DNA from: Geobacteraceae bacterium
Lineage (GTDB): Bacteria; Desulfobacterota; Desulfuromonadia; Geobacterales; Geobacteraceae
DNA: 42,345 nt
Assembly: GCA_025356035.1 (NCBI GenBank)
Contig: JANXYN010000140.1
Span: 1-42,345, forward strand
Reading direction: 5' to 3'
Both the position numbers and the translations under genes were made by a program. This document shows positions 9,283-18,616 of the stretch, in pieces (position 1 is the first letter of the stretch; the number at the start of each line of letters is the position of its first letter). The notes under the pieces were generated by a model. The model saw only the letters and a list, made by a program, of their open reading frames with translations, was not told where the DNA came from and made no database searches.

Positions 9283-10509
9283 CTACCTGCCCTTCTCCGC
9301 TTCCTGAATAATCCGAATATTATCCCGATCAACCAGCGTCAGCATTGCATCGGAATACCCAGGATCAGCCTTGTACCAGCACTTGCCGGAAAAGTATTTC
9401 TGGAGATCGGCAGACTGGAAGGTTTTGCCGTGCCGGGCATAGATCTCGTTCCGCATAAGGCGAAGATCTTCCTTGCTTTTGCCTGTTAAGTCAGCCGCGG
9501 TCAGCCGCATGTCCGTCTTCAAAAGGCCCGTATTGTCGCAGGCGGTTTGCTTGATCTTGGCATCAGGACAGCTGGGGGTAATGGAGTCGTCTTGCCAGGT
9601 CCATTTGAGGATGCTGTAATTATCGGGTGTCCGTTTCCAGGTATATATGTCCCCATTTGGCGCAACTATTGGTTGCCCATACTCAACAATTACCTTACCG
9701 GGAATCTCAACTATTCCATGTTCGCTATATTTAGTTAATGATGGCTCAAACATAGCAACTGGTACTATAAATTCACCAGTTTTCTTTCCCATTTTAGTAT
9801 ATCTAACAACTTTAGAAGAGACGTTATTAGCGTCTGTATTTATTACTGATATACTATATATATTCATACTTTCGTCATAACTAAACGTTCCAACAGTGTG
9901 CTCCGAATTGATTATAACTTCGTTTCCTGGCAATGTAATTTTATAAGTATTACGGTTTGGGTTAATGATTGAGATAAGCCCTAGCTCAAGAGGTCTTTCA
10001 GTATAGGCACCCAACAGAATCGCATTGGTTGAGTATAATTCATACCTTGTATCATTCACTTCAAATAAATATCCACTTGGAGTGTGATAGGCCCTACCAT
10101 AAATATTCATTATCTCTATAAAATTTGCTTTATTGTCGAAAAAGTATTTTAGAGGTCCTTCCTGACTAGCAACAAAAGCGCCGTTTGGATGTACATAAAC
10201 CTCAAAAGGCCATTGATTATTATTTGCGGCATCAGGCCTGGTTACAATTTTTTGAAGTTGGCCCAGATGGCTGAAAACTTGTATTCTTCTATTAACTTCA
10301 TCGCTTATAACAATACGGCCTGAAGCGTCTACACCAAAATGTTGAGGAAACGATTCGCCTGAATCACCAGAAGAATAATAAAATTGGTTGGGTCCCGTCC
10401 CCCACTTCCCCTTCACCACCTCCTTCGGCCCAACCCATCCAGCCAGACAGAAGAAGGGTAACGCAAGCAGAACAAAAACCATAAACACAGAGCGTCGCAA
10501 TAGGACCAT
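9283..10509 (-). CDS. Secreted NHL-repeat beta-propeller protein with C-terminal YARHG domain.
   Basis: Signal peptide MVLLRRSVFMVFVLLALPFFCLAG. NHL-like repeat (ASGRIVISDEVNRRIQVF). C-terminal YARHGKTF...KCWYKADPGYSD matches the YARHG-domain signature. Own SD GGAGGGG. The central about 700 nt is markedly AT-rich (roughly 35-40% GC) against about 62% in flanks. Confidence 0.72.
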   Translation of the reverse strand: MVLLRRSVFMVFVLLALPFFCLAGWVGPKEVVKGKWGTGPNQFYYSSGDSGESFPQHFGVDASGRIVISDEVNRRIQVFSHLGQLQKIVTRPDAANNNQWPFEVYVHPNGAFVASQEGPLKYFFDNKANFIEIMNIYGRAYHTPSGYLFEVNDTRYELYSTNAILLGAYTERPLELGLISIINPNRNTYKITLPGNEVIINSEHTVGTFSYDESMNIYSISVINTDANNVSSKVVRYTKMGKKTGEFIVPVAMFEPSLTKYSEHGIVEIPGKVIVEYGQPIVAPNGDIYTWKRTPDNYSILKWTWQDDSITPSCPDAKIKQTACDNTGLLKTDMRLTAADLTGKSKEDLRLMRNEIYARHGKTFQSADLQKYFSGKCWYKADPGYSDAMLTLVDRDNIRIIQEAEKGR

Positions 10510-10519
10510 TCTTTACCCC

Positions 10520-10552
10520 TCCATTAAACCCGAAGGCGCGTTACCGCGCCCT
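10520..10552 (-). terminator. Hairpin (GAGGGCGCGGTAACGCGCCTTC on the minus strand) downstream of A2M-2, followed by a U-rich run.
   Basis: Inverted repeat GGCGCG/CGCGCC with flanking pairs, then GGGTTTAATGG before the next gene's SD. Confidence 0.4.
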
Positions 10553-10566
10553 CGGTCCAATCACAC

Positions 10567-13500
10567 CTACTTCCCGTAAATAACCACCTTCCCCTGGGGC
10601 GTATACCCCGCCACCTCGGGGTCGTACATGAGCTGCACCTTGCTGGAGGGGAGGACGAACTCCCCTTCGCAGACTGCGCGGGCGTAGTAGGAATACTCGT
10701 ATATCCCCTGCCAGGCCCGGTTCTTGAACGCCAGCACCCGGTCGTTTCTGATCTCGAAGAAGTTGGGGGCGAACCGGTAGAAACCGGCCGGGTCCCAATA
10801 GTAGTCGGACGACCAGGTAAAGCCTGTGCCAAACTCGTTGTCGCCGGCGCCAGCGTCATCTCCCTCCTCGCTCTCCCCTTCGCCGTCCCCCTCACCCTCT
10901 TCAGACTGCTGGACCTTGCGCTTGTGCTTCGGCACGATCTGCTCCTCGGTCTTGATGGCGCTGTTGATGGCGACAAAGCCGGCCGGGAGTGGGTCGTCGA
11001 TCACCACGTAGTTGGCGCCCCCCTGCTTGATGTTGATCTTTAACTTCACCTCTACGATGTCGCCGAGCTTGATCCGGTTGGAGCCGTCGGTGTTGCGAAT
11101 AGACTTGTGGATTTCCAGGCCGTTGGAGTAGCCATTTTTCCCGTAGTCGATGCGGGGATAGACCGCTTCCAGCTTGTAGAGCAGCGCCTGGTCCTGACCG
11201 GCAGTGATGGTGAAGGCAGGGTTCTTGAGGAAAGCCGCCGGGTCGAGGCCTACTGTGCGGGACTCCTTCGGGTCGAGAGTAAAGCTTTCCACTACCCGTT
11301 CACCCTGGCGGATGGTGACCAGTGTCGACCGGCCGTCGGTGTGGGCGCCGGTGAAGTATTCGCTCAGCGCTATCAACGACCAGCTGGTGTCGCTGGTGGA
11401 GGTCCAGATCCCCTCCTTGCTCATCCCCCCCATCAGGCGGGCCGCCAGCCGGTCGGTCAGCTCATCTTTCGGGAAGATCATGGTGGCGGCCAGCACCGCA
11501 ATGGCCGGTTCCCGGTATTGGGCGTAGAACTCGTCGGAGCGGCTCCAGTTCCACGGTTTCTCCAGGATCGGCCGGAGCTTGCTCTTCAGCGTCGCGTCAG
11601 GGAGGTGTTTGGCGATCTTCCCCGCCATCAGGGTGAGCATCGCCGCTTCGCGAGGCTGCTGGTCGAGGCCCAGAATCTGGCCGAAGCCACCCGCCACCCG
11701 GAGCAGCGCGTTGTTCCCTTTCCCCTCGTAGACGTAGTTGAAGGTATCCTTGTCGAGCCTGCCGTTCTGGGCGAGGAGGTAGGCAGCATAGGAGCGATAG
11801 GTGGCGTCGAAGCCGCCGCTAGCCTTGAGCGCATCATGCAGATAGGCAAGGGCCTTGTCCATCCGATCCTTGGGAAGCTCGATGCCGGCCATCTTCGCCT
11901 TGGTCAGGGCGGTGAGAGCATAGACCGTCCCCCACGGATGTGGCTGGAGGTCTCCCGGCCAGTAGCCGAAGCCGCCGCTCGCAGTCTGCATGGAGAAGAG
12001 CCGGTCGATACCAGGCTTGATGAACTTGTCGGTCTCCTCAATGGTGATGCCGGGGAGGAGCCCCTTCTTGATGCTGCTGCGCAGTGCCGCCAGCGGCAAT
12101 ACTCCGGAGCTGGTCTGTTCCACGCACCCGTAGGGATAATGGAGCAGGTAGCGGAGCCCTGCCGTCATCCTTAGAAACGGCGAGCCACTGACGGTGACGG
12201 TAAAGCGCGCCTCATTGGGGCCGAGCTCTTCGAGCTTCAGTTCCCGTGCCTCCTTGGGGAGTGCAAAGTTGACCTTCGCTTCCTTATGGAAATTGCCGAA
12301 CAGCGCCTCGCTGGCAAGCACGTGGCCGGAGTTGACCGGCAGTTTCAGCTCGACGGTGTCGCTTAACTCGCGGAACTTCCCGGCAAAGGTCAGCTGGGTG
12401 GTCCCGGCCCCTTTCACCGTGGCGGTGACCGGGATCAGGGTCCGGTCAAAGCCGGCCAGGGCGAAGGTGTCGCTCGCCGTGGCCAGGGTGAGGAGCTTGT
12501 CGGTGCTGGTTGTTAAAGCCACCGGCGCCTGCCGGTCGGTCTTGTTGAAGGCGGCGACCTGGAAGGTGAAGCGGTCGCCGCTGGTCATGAAGGCAGGGAG
12601 CCCAGGCTCCAGATAGAAGTCCTTCACCACCAGGGCGCTCCGCTGGAAGGAGCCGAAGCGCGACCCCTTGTCGCAGGCAACCGCGTAGATCCGGTAGGTG
12701 GTCATGGTGTCGGGGAACTTGACGGTGAACGTGGCGCTGCCGCTGTCGTCGGTCAGGAGCGCCGGATTGAAGTAAGCAACCGGGCTGAAGTCTTTGCGGA
12801 CCTTGCTGGTGGCAGCCTCCGGCGCCTTACCTTCCTCGCCGTCACCGCCGGTCAGGGGCGCATTGCGGAAGAAACCGTAGGGGGTCTGTTTCAATAGATC
12901 GGTGCGGAGTTCGCCGGTGAAGACCCCGAGCGGGGTGATGAACTTGGCGAGGGAGTCGAGGACCGGCGTCTCGTAGCCGGTCATGGCAAGGATGCTCTCG
13001 TCCACCACGCAGAGCGCCACTTCGCTGGCAATCCCCTTGCCCGCCTGGTCCCTGGTGACGACGGTGAGGGTCAGCTCGGCGCCGGGGAGCGCCTTCAGCT
13101 TCGCCTCTTTCTCGTTAACCCCGATCCGGATGGCCTGCTGGCCACCCTTCACCTCGACGTTGACCGTGCCGAAGAGGAAGGTGGGTGCCTCGGCGTCGAA
13201 CTGCTCCGCATACTGGGGAAACGACTGGCGCGGCACGGTGCCGAGCACTGAGATATAGACGTTAGGGGCGTAGGCGTCCTTCACCGGCAGTTCCAGGGTC
13301 CGCTGCCCAGGCTTGAGCTGCACGGTATAATACTCCACCAGGTTCCCCTGCTCGATGGAGACGAGGCAGGTGGCCAGGGGCCGGTGCGGATTCAGGTAGA
13401 GCTTGATGGTCTCGCCGTAGCCGTAGAGCGGCTTTTCAACCGACATGCTGAGCCGTTCGAAGCTCCTGGCCTGGTCATGATCCCGGTGCTCGTAGCTGTA

Positions 13501-16158
13501 AAACTCGCCGCTCACGTGGTATTCCGTGGCGGAGGTGTACTCCCGGCCATCCTCCCCCTTGTAGCCGAAGCTGACCAGGAAGTCGCCGCCGGCGGCAAAG
13601 TCGAACTCGAAGCTGGCGAGCTCGTCCTTGATCGGGAGCTCCACCGCCAGGTGCTTGCGCCAAACCTGCTGCTGCTCCCAGAACAGGCTCCCCTCGGCGT
13701 TCCGTTTCTGGATCTGGGTCCACCCCTTCTCCAGCACCTGCACCGACACCGTCCCCTTGCCGACCTTTCTCCCCTGCTTGTCGATCACCACCCCTTGCAG
13801 GAGCTGGTTGACGCCGGCCTGGACCAGGGCCGGGTGACTGCTGATCCCGACCAGGTAGGCGGGGTCCCCTTGGTAGATGGCGCTATCGCTGGAGGCGCGA
13901 CCGTCGAAGTCGACCACCGAGGCGACCACCTCGATACCGTAGCGACCGGCCAATACCTCCTTACTGAGCGGCACCGGCACCACCAACCGGCCATTCTCGT
14001 CGAGCATCGACTCGCCGCTTTCGATCAGCTCGCTGCGCCCCTCCAGGGGATAACCGAAGCTGTAGCCCTGATAGTCGGGACGGTTGTAATCGGTTCTCGC
14101 CTGGTAGATGGTCCAGCGCACCTTGCCGTGCTTAACCGGGCCGCCGGCGTAATACTTGCCACCGATCTCGCAGTTGAGGATCTCCTGCTGCATCGGGAGG
14201 TTGACGTAGCGGTCGTCCTTCTTGCTTTCCCGCTTGTACAGCACCTCCACGTAGTGGCGCGGCTGGCGGAACTCCTGCACCTCGAAGCTGCGGCTCACGG
14301 TGTCTTCATCCGCCGGGCCATACTTCAGATGGAGGGTATAGGTGCCGAGTGGGAAGAACGGCTTCACCTCGAAGCGGTCACTGGCGGTGCCGAATCCGGA
14401 GAGCTTCAGCTCCTTCTTGTAGACCTCCTCCTGCTTGGAGTTTTTGATGGTGAATGTCCCGTTCCCGGAGACCGGCGGGGCGATGGTGCCGTCGTGGTAC
14501 TCGCGCACCGTCCCCTTGAACATGACCACGTCGCCGGGACGGTAGATCCCCCGCTCGGTGAAAACATAACCCTTGAGGAGGCTCCGGGCCCGGCGCTCCT
14601 CCGGGCTCACCTGTTCGATCCCTTCCAGCGGCAGGTTCCCCCTGGGCTGGATTTCTATGTATGACTGGTCGTTGAGAGAGGCGGCAGCAACCAGGGTCAC
14701 CTCCCGCAGAGCTAAGGGCTTACTGGCAATCACCCCTTCCGCGCCACTCTTCAGCGACAATGTCCGGCGCGGCTGGTCGTTGGCCACCGACAAAAGGCCG
14801 TCTGCGCCTGTCTGGCCTAATGCGACCGCCTCATTGCCGCGGGTGAAAGCGAGCAGCTCCACACCCTCCAGCGGCTGGCCGGAATGGAGCGAGGTGGCCC
14901 AAACAAGCAGAGCGTTAGCCGAGACCTTGTAGGTAAGGCCGATGTCGGTGATCCGGTAGAGCCGGCTGGTGGTCTGGTCCACCTGTCCCTTCCGGGTGCT
15001 GACGATATTGATCAGCTCCAGCGCCCCCTTTTCCTTCCCTTCCCGGAAGGTGAGGGGGATCGAGAACTGGTGGAGGATGTTCTGCTCGGCCTGGTCGAAG
15101 AAGAGCTGCCCCTCTGCTGTCACGGCGCCGGTAAAGGGAAGGAACTCCCGTTCCTTGGCCAGGGCTTCGGTGAGCCGCAGGGCGCTTTTTGTGTACTCCG
15201 CCTGCATCTCCTCCCAGGGGCGCTCGAACTTGCCATTGGCGTCCTTGAGCACCGTCGGGATCAACAGCGGCGGGACACGCAGCCCCTTGAACTGAACCTC
15301 GTTCACGTTTTGCAGCTGCACATGGAGCATCTGCCGGCTGTCCCGCTCGATCACGTTCTCCCGTTCCAGGTAGGAGATCTGGGACGGCAGGTCCGGCATG
15401 GTGAAGGTCATCACCCCCTTGGTAAAGGCACGGTCGTTGTCGCTCTTGAACTGTTCCGGCAGGACCAGCACATATTTTTGCCCCGGCTTGAAATTGCCTG
15501 GGAGTGTCAGGATATTGTCCTTGGAAAAGTTGCTGTTATGCCAGGCCACCGGCACCGGCGGCAGGAATTTGAGATTGCGCCGCAGGCTGGCGATCTCGCA
15601 GCGGTCGGTGAACTGGACCCGCATCTGCCGTTCCTTCGGCAGACCCTCGATCTGGGCGATGGTAAAGGTGGGACCCTGGCTGAACTGGAGGACAGTGGCC
15701 GCCTCGCCCAGCTGTTTCGGGAAGGTGAAGGCGGCAACCCCCGGCAGATAGAGCCGGCCGTTGCTGCTCTTAAAATCCTTGGGGAGGACGATGGCATAGC
15801 GCTGGCCCGGGGTGAACCCACCCTGCAGGGTCAGGACGTTGTCGGCGGAAAGGCCGCTGATCGCCCAGCCAGCCGGGAGCGCCGGGGTAAGCTTCAGGTT
15901 GTTCCGGAGCTCCGCCAGGTTGCACTGGTCGCTGAAGGTGATGTTGACCACCCCTTCGCCCAGGCGGCTTTCGATCCGGACGATGGTGAAGGTCTCCCCC
16001 TTCACCTTCTTCACCATGGAGGAAAAGGCCGAACCGAGCTTCGAGGCAAGCGATGGATCCTGGTTCGCCGCTCCCCATGCCGTCCAAGGTGCACCAGTGA
16101 AAGCAACAATCGACACCAAGAGCAACCAACTTGCCACCCCACTGCGCATCCGGACCAT
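10567..16158 (-). CDS. Second alpha-2-macroglobulin family protein (about 1863 aa) with intact thioester motif; secreted.
   Basis: 1878-aa ORF. Probable start MVRMRSGVASWLLLVSIVAFTGAPWTAWG preceded by AGGAGGAG SD at 7-nt spacing. HYPYGCVEQTSSG (CxEQ thioester). Acidic low-complexity stretch (EEGEGDGEGESEEGDD) near the C-terminus. Same overall length class as the first A2M. Confidence 0.88.
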   Translation of the reverse strand: MVRMRSGVASWLLLVSIVAFTGAPWTAWGAANQDPSLASKLGSAFSSMVKKVKGETFTIVRIESRLGEGVVNITFSDQCNLAELRNNLKLTPALPAGWAISGLSADNVLTLQGGFTPGQRYAIVLPKDFKSSNGRLYLPGVAAFTFPKQLGEAATVLQFSQGPTFTIAQIEGLPKERQMRVQFTDRCEIASLRRNLKFLPPVPVAWHNSNFSKDNILTLPGNFKPGQKYVLVLPEQFKSDNDRAFTKGVMTFTMPDLPSQISYLERENVIERDSRQMLHVQLQNVNEVQFKGLRVPPLLIPTVLKDANGKFERPWEEMQAEYTKSALRLTEALAKEREFLPFTGAVTAEGQLFFDQAEQNILHQFSIPLTFREGKEKGALELINIVSTRKGQVDQTTSRLYRITDIGLTYKVSANALLVWATSLHSGQPLEGVELLAFTRGNEAVALGQTGADGLLSVANDQPRRTLSLKSGAEGVIASKPLALREVTLVAAASLNDQSYIEIQPRGNLPLEGIEQVSPEERRARSLLKGYVFTERGIYRPGDVVMFKGTVREYHDGTIAPPVSGNGTFTIKNSKQEEVYKKELKLSGFGTASDRFEVKPFFPLGTYTLHLKYGPADEDTVSRSFEVQEFRQPRHYVEVLYKRESKKDDRYVNLPMQQEILNCEIGGKYYAGGPVKHGKVRWTIYQARTDYNRPDYQGYSFGYPLEGRSELIESGESMLDENGRLVVPVPLSKEVLAGRYGIEVVASVVDFDGRASSDSAIYQGDPAYLVGISSHPALVQAGVNQLLQGVVIDKQGRKVGKGTVSVQVLEKGWTQIQKRNAEGSLFWEQQQVWRKHLAVELPIKDELASFEFDFAAGGDFLVSFGYKGEDGREYTSATEYHVSGEFYSYEHRDHDQARSFERLSMSVEKPLYGYGETIKLYLNPHRPLATCLVSIEQGNLVEYYTVQLKPGQRTLELPVKDAYAPNVYISVLGTVPRQSFPQYAEQFDAEAPTFLFGTVNVEVKGGQQAIRIGVNEKEAKLKALPGAELTLTVVTRDQAGKGIASEVALCVVDESILAMTGYETPVLDSLAKFITPLGVFTGELRTDLLKQTPYGFFRNAPLTGGDGEEGKAPEAATSKVRKDFSPVAYFNPALLTDDSGSATFTVKFPDTMTTYRIYAVACDKGSRFGSFQRSALVVKDFYLEPGLPAFMTSGDRFTFQVAAFNKTDRQAPVALTTSTDKLLTLATASDTFALAGFDRTLIPVTATVKGAGTTQLTFAGKFRELSDTVELKLPVNSGHVLASEALFGNFHKEAKVNFALPKEARELKLEELGPNEARFTVTVSGSPFLRMTAGLRYLLHYPYGCVEQTSSGVLPLAALRSSIKKGLLPGITIEETDKFIKPGIDRLFSMQTASGGFGYWPGDLQPHPWGTVYALTALTKAKMAGIELPKDRMDKALAYLHDALKASGGFDATYRSYAAYLLAQNGRLDKDTFNYVYEGKGNNALLRVAGGFGQILGLDQQPREAAMLTLMAGKIAKHLPDATLKSKLRPILEKPWNWSRSDEFYAQYREPAIAVLAATMIFPKDELTDRLAARLMGGMSKEGIWTSTSDTSWSLIALSEYFTGAHTDGRSTLVTIRQGERVVESFTLDPKESRTVGLDPAAFLKNPAFTITAGQDQALLYKLEAVYPRIDYGKNGYSNGLEIHKSIRNTDGSNRIKLGDIVEVKLKINIKQGGANYVVIDDPLPAGFVAINSAIKTEEQIVPKHKRKVQQSEEGEGDGEGESEEGDDAGAGDNEFGTGFTWSSDYYWDPAGFYRFAPNFFEIRNDRVLAFKNRAWQGIYEYSYYARAVCEGEFVLPSSKVQLMYDPEVAGYTPQGKVVIYGK

Positions 16159-16207
16159 ATCCACTCCTCCTGTTTCATGATATTCAGCTGAATTCCATTG
16201 CAAGCGT

Positions 16208-16288
16208 CCAATAAGACTTCAGAGTAAGCTCCCTTCGACTCCGCTCAGGGAACATGCGTGCGCTGAGCGGAGTCGAAGCGCTTATTGG
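16208..16288. promoter_or_regulatory. Roughly 80-bp imperfect hairpin (8-bp outer stem CCAATAAG/CTTATTGG, 16-bp inner stem CTTCGACTCCGCTCAG/CTGAGCGGAGTCGAAG) in the A2M-2 upstream/leader region. Followed by palindrome TAGCAATT-N12-AATTGCTA at 16303-16330.
   Basis: Read directly. Lies between the A2M-2 start (16158) and a divergent small ORF. Confidence 0.5.
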
Positions 16289-16477
16289 TACTCCGGGGCG
16301 GAGTAGCAATTATTAATGCAAAATTGCTACCATTTGTAGCAGATAACGCGGTAAAAACCTAGCGGAGAATGGCGCCGGGAAGCGACAAGATCCCAGTCAT
16401 TCCCGCCTGCATGACGATAAAATTAGCTATATGCATTTTTTTCTATATATGGTATTTTGTCTAAAACGGAGGGAACT

Positions 16478-16567
16478 ATGTGGGATTTACTGTTAATGGC
16501 AGGGGTTTTAATCGTCTGGGTCGTCCTCAACCGCTACATCCTGCCGCGGCTCGGGGTCCAGACCTGA
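16478..16567 (+). CDS. Candidate 29-aa single-TM small membrane peptide MWDLLLMAGVLIVWVVLNRYILPRLGVQT.
   Basis: ATG preceded by GGAGGG SD at 6-nt spacing and an AT-rich promoter-like region (TATATAT). Strongly hydrophobic core. The track's 69-aa ORF (16480..16689) is in another frame and Arg/Gly-rich, so it looks like noise. Confidence 0.4.
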   Translation: MWDLLLMAGVLIVWVVLNRYILPRLGVQT

Positions 16568-16750
16568 ATGGCCGACTCATGCTCTCCCGCGGCGCGGGGG
16601 AAGGAAAAGAGCGAAGCAGTGAAAACCGACCAGACCTAATTCGCGCTCAAAAATGCCCAGTTGCAAGGCGCACTTGGCCTGAGGAATGAGGCGTACACAC
16701 AGTACGCCGCAGTGACGAAGGACGAGCGCAACGCCGCAAATGTGCGTTTT

Positions 16751-17173
16751 TCAGCGCGAAGGTTCCTCCAGCACCACCAGATAGCCGTCCGGGTCAAAAC
16801 ACCAGAGCTCCTTCATCCCATACGGCTTCTCTTCCAGCGGGTAGAGGATCTCCAACCCCTCGTCGACCAGGGCGTCATAGATATCCTCAATCTCCTCCAC
16901 CTGGAAGTGGAGCGTCATCCCCACCCCTTTCGGATAGCTGCCAAGGCGTTCCTCCAGCACCGGATGGGTGTTGATCACCGCCGCTTCCTCGACAAAAATC
17001 AGCTCCCATTCCCCCCGCTTCATGATCAGGTGCTCCGGCGCACCGCGCACAGTGACCCCCCGTTTTACCGGGAGGTCCAGAATCCCCGCATAGAAGGCCT
17101 CGGTGGTCCCCAACTCAGCAACGGCAATTTGCATGGAGAATTTGGCTGGGTTGGGCCGCACGCTACTGGCCAC
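16751..17173 (-). CDS. VOC / glyoxalase-bleomycin resistance family protein.
   Basis: 140 aa. Tandem beta-alpha-beta-beta-beta glyoxalase-like sequence pattern. Overlaps the ccdA stop by 11 nt, suggesting co-transcription. Confidence 0.7.
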   Translation of the reverse strand: MASSVRPNPAKFSMQIAVAELGTTEAFYAGILDLPVKRGVTVRGAPEHLIMKRGEWELIFVEEAAVINTHPVLEERLGSYPKGVGMTLHFQVEEIEDIYDALVDEGLEILYPLEEKPYGMKELWCFDPDGYLVVLEEPSR

Positions 17174-17894
17174 CGCCGAACCAGGTATTGGTGAAGCGCG
17201 TCAGCACCGTGAAGTAGTCGCTGAAGATCAGCACCCCGATGATGATGAGGAAGACGCCGGTGACGATCTCGAAGATGCGGATATATTTCTTGAAGCGGTT
17301 GAAGAAGACCAGGAACTGGTGGAGGGCCATGGCTGACAGAAAAAAGGGAATGGCAAGCCCCATGGAATAGGTAAGGAGCAGCGTGATCCCCCGGTAAATG
17401 GTCCGTTCGGTGGCCGCGATCATCAGGATCGACGATAGGATCGGCCCGATACAGGGGGTCCAGCCGGCGGCAAAAGCGATTCCGACGAAAAAGGTGCCGA
17501 GAAAGCCGGCTGGCTTGCGGTGGAGGTTAAGCCGCTTTTCCCCGAGCAGGAACACCATGTTGAATAGGCCGGTCACATGGATGCCAAAGATGATGATCAG
17601 CACCCCGCCGATCTTGCGGACGATGTCCTGGTACTGGAACAGAAAACCGCCGAGCAGGGTGGCGGAAACGCCGAGCAGAACAAAGACTGCGGTGAAGCCG
17701 AGGATAAAGGCGAGGGAATGGAGCATGGTCTGCTGGCGAATCTTGTGGGTGGGGTGTTCGGCCTGCAGATCGGCGAAGGAAAGCCCTGTGATATAGGTAA
17801 TGTACGAAGGGATGAGCGGCAGCACGCATGGGGAGAGGAAGGAAAGCAACCCCGCGACAAAGGCGCTGATATAGGTAATGTTGGCAACTTGCAT
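17163..17894 (-). CDS. ccdA: Cytochrome c-type biogenesis / thiol-disulfide transporter CcdA (DsbD transmembrane-domain family).
   Basis: 243 aa polytopic membrane protein. Conserved Cys in TM1 (FLSPCVLPLIP) and TM4 (GWTPCIGPIL). Confidence 0.85.
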   Translation of the reverse strand: MQVANITYISAFVAGLLSFLSPCVLPLIPSYITYITGLSFADLQAEHPTHKIRQQTMLHSLAFILGFTAVFVLLGVSATLLGGFLFQYQDIVRKIGGVLIIIFGIHVTGLFNMVFLLGEKRLNLHRKPAGFLGTFFVGIAFAAGWTPCIGPILSSILMIAATERTIYRGITLLLTYSMGLAIPFFLSAMALHQFLVFFNRFKKYIRIFEIVTGVFLIIIGVLIFSDYFTVLTRFTNTWFGGGQ

Positions 17895-18103
17895 GGTTTA
17901 CTCCGTGGTCGAATCAGGTGAAGGTATTAGGGCCTTGGTAAATATCGATAACCCGTAGGGGCGACAGCACGGCTTCATCGTGCTTCGCCCTTAGGCCCGT
18001 TGTCTGGGCCCTTGTTTGGAACATCACCAAAGGCGGGCAAAGCAGATAAGGCTTTTGCTTTGCCCCTACAATTAAAAACATATATCAGGACATACCTCTG
18101 CCT

Positions 18104-18616
18104 CTACCTGCTTTTCGCGATGAGGTCGTTCAGATAGCCGATGGCGGACGGATCGTTCCACTCCACGGCACCGACAATTTTTTTAACTATAACACCCTTT
18201 TGGTCGATGATAAAGGTTTCCGGGACGCCGGTGGTGCCATAGCGTCTGGCGACAGAACCCTGGGGGTCGAGTAATGCCGGCAGTGTCACCCCGGTTTTTT
18301 TCAAAAACGCCTCGACCTCCTCCTTGCCACCTGGATCAACGGCTATCGCCAGTAGCTGCAGTGGCTTGCCAGCCATGACCTGATTCAGGGTGGCCAGCGA
18401 GGGGAGCTCCTGACGACAGGGGGGGCAAAAGGAGCCCCAGAAATGGACCAGTACCACCTTGCCGCGTAGGTCGGCAAGCCGCAGCTGCTCGCCAGCCAGG
18501 TTGGGGAGGGTGAAATCGGGCGCCTGGTTTCCCTCTTCGGGAGGGAGGTCGTGCTTGACACACCCCGCCACGACCAGCAGCATCAGCACCAGCGCCAACC
18601 AGACATGTTTTTTCAT
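18104..18616 (-). CDS. TlpA/ResA-like thioredoxin-fold thiol-disulfide oxidoreductase lipoprotein.
   Basis: Lipobox VVAGC. WGSFCPPC (CxxC) active site. 4-nt overlap (ATGA) with the upstream regulator gene. Confidence 0.85.
   Translation of the reverse strand: MKKHVWLALVLMLLVVAGCVKHDLPPEEGNQAPDFTLPNLAGEQLRLADLRGKVVLVHFWGSFCPPCRQELPSLATLNQVMAGKPLQLLAIAVDPGGKEEVEAFLKKTGVTLPALLDPQGSVARRYGTTGVPETFIIDQKGVIVKKIVGAVEWNDPSAIGYLNDLIAKSR

Noticed and set aside
16480-16689. 69-aa ORF from the track in the A2M-2 / VOC intergenic region.
   Set aside because: Arg/Gly/Pro-rich low-complexity product. GTG/ATG without SD. The overlapping 29-aa frame with strong SD is far more plausible.
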